Notes under the pieces: model-generated
The model's input: the letters and a program-made list of their open reading frames with translations, nothing else
The model's database searches: none
Told to the model about the DNA's origin: nothing
Translations under genes and position numbers: made by a program
In this document: positions 33,553 through 39,244 of the stretch, piece after piece
How positions within the stretch are numbered: the first letter of the stretch is position 1
Layout: the number at the start of each line of letters is the position of its first letter
IMG/VR virus record: IMGVR_UViG_3300011432_000014
Origin: a virus
Direction: 5' to 3' (one strand)
Length of the DNA: 41,644 nucleotides

Positions 33553-33719
33553 CGTGTTCGAGATTTATCTCGGACGCTGGTACAATATACGCCGAGTTTA
33601 TGAAACGACCAAATTTATTTATCCACAGGTTAATAGATTATGGAACGAGGTGTAGGGAGGGGAAAATAGGCATGCCTAAAAAATTTTTTTTTCCTAACTT
33701 TTTCTTAACAAAACATTAA

Positions 33720-33750
33720 GGAAAAATTAACAGGTTTTTACACCTGTTAA
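33720..33750 (-). terminator. Intrinsic terminator after the 245-aa gene (perfect 9-bp inverted repeat built from TTAAC cores)
   Basis: Minus strand TTAACAGGT-GTAAAA-ACCTGTTAA-TTTTTC. Confidence 0.7.
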
Positions 33751-33775
33751 TTTTCTGTTAAGAAATGTGGTTTAA

Positions 33776-34513
33776 CTATTCGCTAACAATTTGATAACTG
33801 TTATCCGCCTGTTTTTTGAACTTGTGGTCAGAAATTACCGTGCGTGCAGTTCCGTTAAGTTTTTGTGAATTTCCTTCAGTTGGGTATTTTTCCAACAACT
33901 GGTCGTAGGTCATACCTGCTACCAGGTCATCCCAAATTTCTGCACGTTTTGAGCCCGCTTTTTCTGGGTTGCCATTTAACGAAACCTTAACTTCGCCGTT
34001 TGACTTTGGCACGCTTTTTGACAGGTCTTTTCCAGTTTGGCCAGCTTTTGCGAAAACAACTGGTTTGCCAAACAATGTGTTAAAACTGGATTTTAACGAA
34101 TCCTTAACATCCTTTGATGCCTCGACCAATTTGTCAATTAACTCAAGATTAACACCGAATTTTTCCGCAATGTCGTAACGTGCCAAGTTGGCAGTGTCAT
34201 CCGCCTGACGCTGCAATTTTGACAGCTCAACGGTCTTTGCAAATTGTGCCAGTTTGTCACTCGCAATTTTTACTGCTTCTGCCGTTTTGGCAGTCTCTTC
34301 TGTCAGTTCGTCGTCGCTCGCCTCGTTTGCCGCACGGTCTGCCTTTTTGGCATCTTTTAACGATTGTTTCAAACCTGCCAAAATGTCCTCATTTTGTTTG
34401 TCTTCCAGTTCCCTTGCCGCCAGAATGGCAGTCATAAATTCGGGAACAACTGTTAAAGTTTCGTTAATTACTTGCTCGTTATTTGCCTGAGCTGGGACTG
34501 TTAAAGTTTCCAT
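33776..34513 (-). CDS. Orphan 245-aa helical K/E/A-rich protein of unknown function
   Basis: Stand-alone ORF with its own TAnnTTTG promoter and terminator; GC visibly higher than the flanks; N-terminal ETLTV duplication. Confidence 0.7.
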   Translation of the reverse strand: METLTVPAQANNEQVINETLTVVPEFMTAILAARELEDKQNEDILAGLKQSLKDAKKADRAANEASDDELTEETAKTAEAVKIASDKLAQFAKTVELSKLQRQADDTANLARYDIAEKFGVNLELIDKLVEASKDVKDSLKSSFNTLFGKPVVFAKAGQTGKDLSKSVPKSNGEVKVSLNGNPEKAGSKRAEIWDDLVAGMTYDQLLEKYPTEGNSQKLNGTARTVISDHKFKKQADNSYQIVSE

Positions 34514-34535
34514 AATTGATTTTTTTAAATTTGAA

Positions 34536-34547
34536 CCACAAAGATAA
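34536..34547 (-). promoter_or_regulatory. Canonical Bacteroidota-type promoter: -7 box TATCTTTG, with TTTG 20 nt upstream
   Basis: Minus strand AAATTTG-GTGGGTAATGAACCAGCCCT-TATCTTTGTGG, 22 nt before the ATG at 34513. Confidence 0.6.
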
Positions 34548-34590
34548 GGGCTGGTTCATTACCCACCAAATTTCAATTGTTAAATTTTTG

Positions 34591-34755
34591 TTAATAGATA
34601 TTTGACGATAAAACTACAAATTCACGTTTCTTTAACATTTCACGATTTTTCCTTTTAGTCATTGAAATGTAATTTTTAACTTTTCTATAGGCAATTGGCA
34701 ATAACAGAACATATACAAAAATTCCTAATATTGCAATGATAAAAACTTGATACAT
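34591..34755 (-). CDS. Small membrane protein (54 aa, below the track cutoff)
   Basis: Hand translation MYQVFIIAILGIFVYVLLLPIAYRKVKNYISMTKRKNREMLKKREFVVLSSNIY: one TM helix plus a basic tail. Confidence 0.45.
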   Translation of the reverse strand: MYQVFIIAILGIFVYVLLLPIAYRKVKNYISMTKRKNREMLKKREFVVLSSNIY

Positions 34756-34868
34756 CTTGATTTTTTTTAATAAGTTAATAATATGTTAAGGTGTTCACCT
34801 GGTGACGTTTTAACTTTTTTATTTCAAAGAACTCCGGTAGGCAACCCTACCATACCAACCCCTTAACA

Positions 34869-34880
34869 CCACAAAGATAA
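34869..34880 (-). promoter_or_regulatory. Second copy of TTATCTTTGTGG (-7 box TATCTTTG)
   Basis: 12-mer CCACAAAGATAA identical to 34536-34547; ~110 nt upstream of the 54-aa ORF. Confidence 0.45.
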
Positions 34881-36074
34881 CACGTAATATGTTAACAAAA
34901 ACACAAAGGATAGGCTTTAACAAACCTTTAACTTTTGGCCCAAAACCCATATTTATATAATGAAACATGTATCCGCACGAGTATAAGGAATTTCAACGAA
35001 TAAAAAAATTAAAAAACCCTTAAGAACGAAACGTTAACATTCCTTTAACATTCCCGTCTTTTTGGGCAATTTTTGGAATTTTTGAAACCGTTGTAACTCG
35101 CTGATAATCAATACTTTACACATATAAAAAATACCAAATCTCCCCAAATTTGCCCTCAAATGATGTGTCTGGTATGATTGCGCCAGAATGGGGGTTGAAT
35201 GCCGTAATGGGGCGCAAAACGACCTTTTTGGGGCATGACTAAATAGCCGGTAATTTTGGCAGGATTAAGATTTGATTAAAATTCCAGATTTATTTGGAAG
35301 TTACAATACCAAATTTCGGTAGTTAATATTATGTTAAAGTCCAGCCGTCCGGTGACGCAAGCCATTAACAAACCTTTAACATAAATCTTTGTTAAATTCC
35401 AGTTTTCTGGTCTATGCCAACTTTCTGGCACGATTTTTGCTGTTAACAAGCTTTAACAAATTCTTAACATTTATTTTTTGGAATTCTCAAAATTTTTTCG
35501 TACCTTTGGGTTACCTTCTTGATTTTGGCGTTAACTTTTCCTTAACAATTACAAACTAAATTTTTCAGCATTTTTTAACAGTTTCTTAACTTAAAAAACG
35601 ATTAAAAAATTCCTACTTAACATAATATCATTTATAGGAAAAATGCCACATTTGCATGTATAACTCATTGAATTTCAATCAGTTACCTACTTAACATAAT
35701 ATATTACATACGGCAGATTAATTATACATTAAAATTTAGATTTTAACTTTTCCTTAACTCCATATTAACAAAAAATTTCGTACCTTTCCTATAAAATCAT
35801 TTTTTCGACCTTAACTAAAATTTAACAATGCCAAACTGACTTTGGCACGGTTTTTGAGCGAGTTAAATTTTAGTTAATTCCTGCCGTTCCCGTTCTGGGA
35901 ATTTTTCCCAACTTGGGAATGAGTCCCACTTTAGGAAAACTAACACTTGTTCGTATACGAAATTTTTCTTAGTACGAAGTGTCTCGTACGTGAGAATTCG
36001 TTTTCAAGATAATTTTAAAAATAAAAAACTAAAATATTTTCAGATGCTCTGTCAGACTTGCTCTCTGAGGCTTT

Positions 36075-36091
36075 CCACAAAAAGAAAAATG
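36075..36091 (-). promoter_or_regulatory. Orphan copy of the conserved element CATTTTTCTTTTTGTGGAAAG, with no ORF downstream
   Basis: Plus strand CCACAAAAAGAAAAATG, 30 nt after the terS stop; faces the non-coding block. Confidence 0.5.
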
Positions 36092-36120
36092 CCAGAAGGC
36101 GATTTCCTAAAAGGCGATTC

Positions 36121-36588
36121 CTATTTTTCGAACTCCGAGTGCGAGAGCTTTGGAGTCGTGTCGTCCCTTATTACTTCGATATTAATTGTAGCCTGAGCAT
36201 TGCTACCACTGTCATTGTTATTCAAGTCCAGTTTACGTATAGCCATATTTGCGTTAAATATTCCTACCATGCTGTACTCAAAATTCTGCGCATATATTAC
36301 TTGCAGTATCTTTTGCGCAACTAAATAGTAGTCCCCTGCATCCCGATTTCTGGCTATATCCTGAATGTACTGAGAGGTAATGCCACAGTGTAAGCACAGC
36401 GCCGGCAGGTTGAAAGGACGAGGGAACTGTGTGTCTACTTTCTCCCCAGTCTGCCTGATTACCTCCGTCTTGTATATCGGATTAGCCTCGCACCACATAA
36501 AGTAATCTTTAGCGTCATTCCATAAATCCTCTGGCTTGCTGCCGGAAGACTTAGCCTTAACCATCCAGTGATTAATAGTGTTATCCAT
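36121..36588 (-). CDS. terS: Terminase small subunit-like protein
   Basis: RPFNLPALCLHCGITSQYIQDIARN...YYLVAQKILQVIYAQNFEYSMVGIFNANMAIRKLDL matches the HTH plus oligomerisation pattern of small terminases, from memory. Confidence 0.55.
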   Translation of the reverse strand: MDNTINHWMVKAKSSGSKPEDLWNDAKDYFMWCEANPIYKTEVIRQTGEKVDTQFPRPFNLPALCLHCGITSQYIQDIARNRDAGDYYLVAQKILQVIYAQNFEYSMVGIFNANMAIRKLDLNNNDSGSNAQATINIEVIRDDTTPKLSHSEFEK

Positions 36589-36943
36589 TAAAGTATATTT
36601 TAGCTATTGTAATAAAGTCTTCTAATGTCCTTATAACGTGAAATTTCCAGCCAAGTTCTTTCCCAACATCTGCGAACTCACGCTGCACAGGCGAAAGGCT
36701 GCCATGTCCAAACTTGAACTCAATCCAAACGATAGGCTCACACATAAAGAATGAGTCCCACGTCCCTGCGACTATGCCGGTAGCACGATTTTCCGCCCCT
36801 ATTCTCCTGCCATAATCCCCTTTCAGACCCGTTTCGTTCTTAATTCTGCGAAACCTGCCACGATAGCTCCTCATATTATTCTGAAACCAAATTGTACAGG
36901 CTGCCTGCAATTGCAATTCTGTAGTAATCATTTTGTTCTCCAT
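36581..36943 (-). CDS. VRR-NUC-like PD-(D/E)XK nuclease
   Basis: GTWDSFFMCEPIVWIEFKFGHGSLSPVQREF (D...ExK...Q pattern). Confidence 0.55.
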   Translation of the reverse strand: MENKMITTELQLQAACTIWFQNNMRSYRGRFRRIKNETGLKGDYGRRIGAENRATGIVAGTWDSFFMCEPIVWIEFKFGHGSLSPVQREFADVGKELGWKFHVIRTLEDFITIAKIYFNG

Positions 36944-37134
36944 ATTACTGAATAATTTTCGGCTCTTGATACCTTGAACCGTCGTTTAGTATTGATTTTC
37001 TCCAATTTTTCCACTATAAATAGCATTTCCTCATGTGTTATAGTGTATAATTCTCCAATTTCTGCGAAATAAATTAACTTATTTATGATGATTTGAGGAC
37101 GTTCTAATTTTAACATATGATGAGTTTTTGCCAT
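36928..37134 (-). CDS. Hypothetical protein (start refined to ATG at 37134; the track start is a TTG inside the iteron region)
   Basis: MAKTHHMLKLERPQIIINKLIYFAEIGELY... Confidence 0.5.
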   Translation of the reverse strand: MAKTHHMLKLERPQIIINKLIYFAEIGELYTITHEEMLFIVEKLEKINTKRRFKVSRAENYSVIWRTK

Positions 37135-37150
37135 ATTTTCACGTAACTCA

Positions 37151-37527
37151 TTGATTTTCAATACGTTGCATAATTTACCACAACTTACAGACGTTACAAC
37201 CGAGAGGGCATTGATAATCAATACGTTGAATGCAACTCATAGAGGTTGCAACGTCAAACACGTTTGTAGGGATATATATATATATATAAATAATGATAAT
37301 AGATAGTTAAAAAACATATATTAGAATATTATATATGTAGTAAGTCGAGCTATAGTAAAATGAGTCATTTTGTATGGGCTGCCATATACTGATTATTGTT
37401 ACAACCCATAAGAGTTATATTCAAATCATTGAGTATCAATACGTTATAAATGCTAACCAAAAAATTTCAACCCATAACAAGATAAACCCTCGTCGCAACC
37501 CATAACCAATTGATAATCAATACGTTG
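37151..37527 (+). promoter_or_regulatory. Iteron region: four direct copies of TTGAnnnTCAATACGTT(G/A), three copies of CAACCCATAA and an AT-rich core; candidate origin or operator
   Basis: Iterons at 37151-37168, 37211-37228, 37429-37446 and 37510-37527; CAACCCATAA at 37402, 37468 and 37496; palindrome GTTGCAAC at 37245. Confidence 0.65.
37272..37288. repeat. (TA)8 microsatellite inside the iteron region
   Basis: ATATATATATATATATA read directly. Confidence 0.9.
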
Positions 37528-37566
37528 AATCAAGTTAAGTGAAATGTTAAAATTCATCCAGTGTCC

Positions 37567-37827
37567 TCACGCTGTATCCTTCAGACCAAAAACCAAAACC
37601 TTTCTTTTTTGTGGAGTCGGCTGTCCTAATACTCGCACAACTGCAGGTTTGTGTCCTTTTTTAAAATGCTCTTCAGGCGGATTTTTGAATCTTTCGCTGA
37701 ATTGACCTCTCCGGATATTCCTGATTTCCTTAAGTGACAATCCCCACCTGAGCATTATCTCATCAAGTGGGGATTCAGAAAAGAGAACGTCGTGTATCAG
37801 CGCCGGTGTCTTAATTTTCCTGTCCAT
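37567..37827 (-). CDS. Small HTH-like protein, paralog of 37797..38021
   Basis: HDVLFSESPLDEIMLRWGLSLKEIRNIRRGQ aligns with DDVLRYRLDNAELCEKWGITARDIRKIRRPS. Confidence 0.6.
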   Translation of the reverse strand: MDRKIKTPALIHDVLFSESPLDEIMLRWGLSLKEIRNIRRGQFSERFKNPPEEHFKKGHKPAVVRVLGQPTPQKRKVLVFGLKDTA

Positions 37828-38021
37828 AAGTTAAAAATTGAAAGTATTTCCTTTTTGCCAGAACCGACCAAGAACCGAATAGAACTTGGTCGGCGAATCT
37901 TGCGAATATCTCGAGCAGTAATGCCCCACTTTTCACAGAGCTCTGCATTATCTAATCTGTAACGAAGAACGTCGTCTACGAGTTCATTCGCCTGCTCTTC
38001 AGTAGTTATCTCCTTCCCCAT
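37797..38021 (-). CDS. Small HTH-like protein, paralog of 37567..37827
   Basis: See the paralog alignment above. Confidence 0.6.
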   Translation of the reverse strand: MGKEITTEEQANELVDDVLRYRLDNAELCEKWGITARDIRKIRRPSSIRFLVGSGKKEILSIFNLWTGKLRHRR

Positions 38022-38434
38022 CTGTTAGTATTTTGCGCTTTGATTTCGTCGAGGACTGTTTTGCGAGATTTATACTTATCAGGAAATGCTCGTTTAATGC
38101 ACTTCTTACAGATACGGTCTTCAGGGTACTCCTTTGCTTCATCCCTGTGAACTAAGACGCTGCGCTCCGTTTCGCACATACAGTAGCTGCCGCCAAGTTG
38201 TCCTTTAGGTACTGCAATGTGTATTTTTCCTATTACGGTGAAATTACTATTAAGTGCTCCGTATTGCCTTCGGTCAATTCTGTAAAAGAACATGAAGCTA
38301 CGCAGCTCCTCTTCTGTGCGCAAACCTAAAAAAGCAGAATCAGACCGGAGAAGACATTTAGTCTTGATTACGCAGTTTAGAGGAAAAAACCTGTTTTCGA
38401 GAACCCTTCCGTCCTCCGTGATTAATTTTAACAT
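38006..38434 (-). CDS. Hypothetical protein with C-terminal Cys cluster (start refined to MLKLITEDG at 38434)
   Basis: The track start is a TTG overlapping the upstream gene by 68 nt; CMCE...CKKC near the C-terminus. Confidence 0.5.
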   Translation of the reverse strand: MLKLITEDGRVLENRFFPLNCVIKTKCLLRSDSAFLGLRTEEELRSFMFFYRIDRRQYGALNSNFTVIGKIHIAVPKGQLGGSYCMCETERSVLVHRDEAKEYPEDRICKKCIKRAFPDKYKSRKTVLDEIKAQNTNRWGRR

Positions 38435-38516
38435 AAAGATAGCTTTTGATGAGCGGCAAGTCGTTTCCAAGCAGGAAAAACCCTGCGCTCGGGTTAAATG
38501 ATGTGCGGATTTATCT

Positions 38517-38885
38517 TTAGTGTTTTCCAAGTAAGCCGTAGCGCATCCACTCGAGCCCGAAAGGGAGAAATGGATTTGCCACAAAAGGAAAAAGCCCAGT
38601 GTAATTGTAAGCTTTCGTGTTCCCTGCGTAGAGCATATCTATCGCAGTTTCGAAGTGCATGAGGTAGTGCCACTCCCATCCGAGTAGGTCGGCTCGGTAG
38701 GTGCGGTCAAGCCATCTTTTATCAGCAGGCTCATGCCCTACCATTGCAGTAGCTACTCCGATTGTGCCAGAAAAAGTGCCAGAAGGAGAAAGCCAACAGA
38801 AGCCGTTAGTGCGCCCCCACTCGATTTTGAATGGGGGACACTCAGCGGCTAACTCGATGCGTGACCAGAGTTCTTGGTGTGTCAT
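38517..38885 (-). CDS. Trp-rich hypothetical protein
   Basis: 122-aa ORF in the ~50% GC segment. Confidence 0.6.
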   Translation of the reverse strand: MTHQELWSRIELAAECPPFKIEWGRTNGFCWLSPSGTFSGTIGVATAMVGHEPADKRWLDRTYRADLLGWEWHYLMHFETAIDMLYAGNTKAYNYTGLFPFVANPFLPFGLEWMRYGLLGKH

Positions 38886-39244
38886 TAGGAGATTACGATT
38901 TTCTTCTTTAAAAAGAATACGTCCATTTGAGATACCATTACTCCACCATCAGAGTCAAAATCAAGTTCTTCTTCGATAGTGAAACCTGATACATCAAGGT
39001 CAAAACTGCCTTCACCTTTAAATTCAGCAGGTACTACTGCAGGTTCATCTTCGTCTTCCTTTTCCCATGTAATGTTCAGCTCGATGCTGTCGATTGCAAT
39101 AGATGAATACTTGATGCCCCATTCCCTTGCTTCGAAGTCGATACTCCAATTGATTGTGCAGTCGAACTCGGTGTCAATGTTCTCCATTTCCAGCTCATAC
39201 AAATTAACGTCTACTTCTGTTGTCTTGAAATTCATAACTACCAT
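38885..39244 (-). CDS. Strongly acidic early protein (DNA-mimic / anti-restriction candidate)
   Basis: ~30 D/E against ~8 K/R in 119 aa (EKEDEDEP, EEELDFDSDGG). Confidence 0.55.
   Translation of the reverse strand: MVVMNFKTTEVDVNLYELEMENIDTEFDCTINWSIDFEAREWGIKYSSIAIDSIELNITWEKEDEDEPAVVPAEFKGEGSFDLDVSGFTIEEELDFDSDGGVMVSQMDVFFLKKKIVIS

Larger units (their letters stand above)
34579..35877. repeat. Dense array of ~34 TTAAC/GTTAA cores, mostly as 11-bp-phased doublets or triplets, with nested longer repeats
   Basis: Exact 11-bp steps at 34579/34590, 34774/34785, 34917/34928, 35034/35045, 35322/35333, 35365/35376, 35453/35464, 35531/35542, 35575/35586, 35743/35754/35765, 35811/35822, 35862/35873. 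Confidence 0.85.

Noticed and set aside
34819-34968. 49-aa minus-strand ORF (MFHYINMGFGPKVKGLLKPILCVF...) inside the non-coding block
   Set aside because: Its codons are largely the TTAAC repeat units themselves (GTTAAAGGTTTGTTAAAG) and it runs across the TATCTTTG promoter box. Repeat-derived reading frames of this kind also appear on the plus strand (..NKPLT twice).
35174-35242. 22-aa (plus strand) and 26-aa (minus strand) mini-ORFs across the GC-rich island
   Set aside because: They are too short, have no supporting signals, and the region is better explained by its paired segments.
38435-38584. N-terminal 50-aa extension of ORF 38006..38584, and the motif-like copy at 38579-38594
   Set aside because: The extension starts at a TTG and overlaps the upstream gene by 68 nt. 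The motif copy (CTTTTTCCTTTTGTGGCAAA) is degenerate, lies 140 nt from the likely ATG and is coding sequence (GLFPFVAN).
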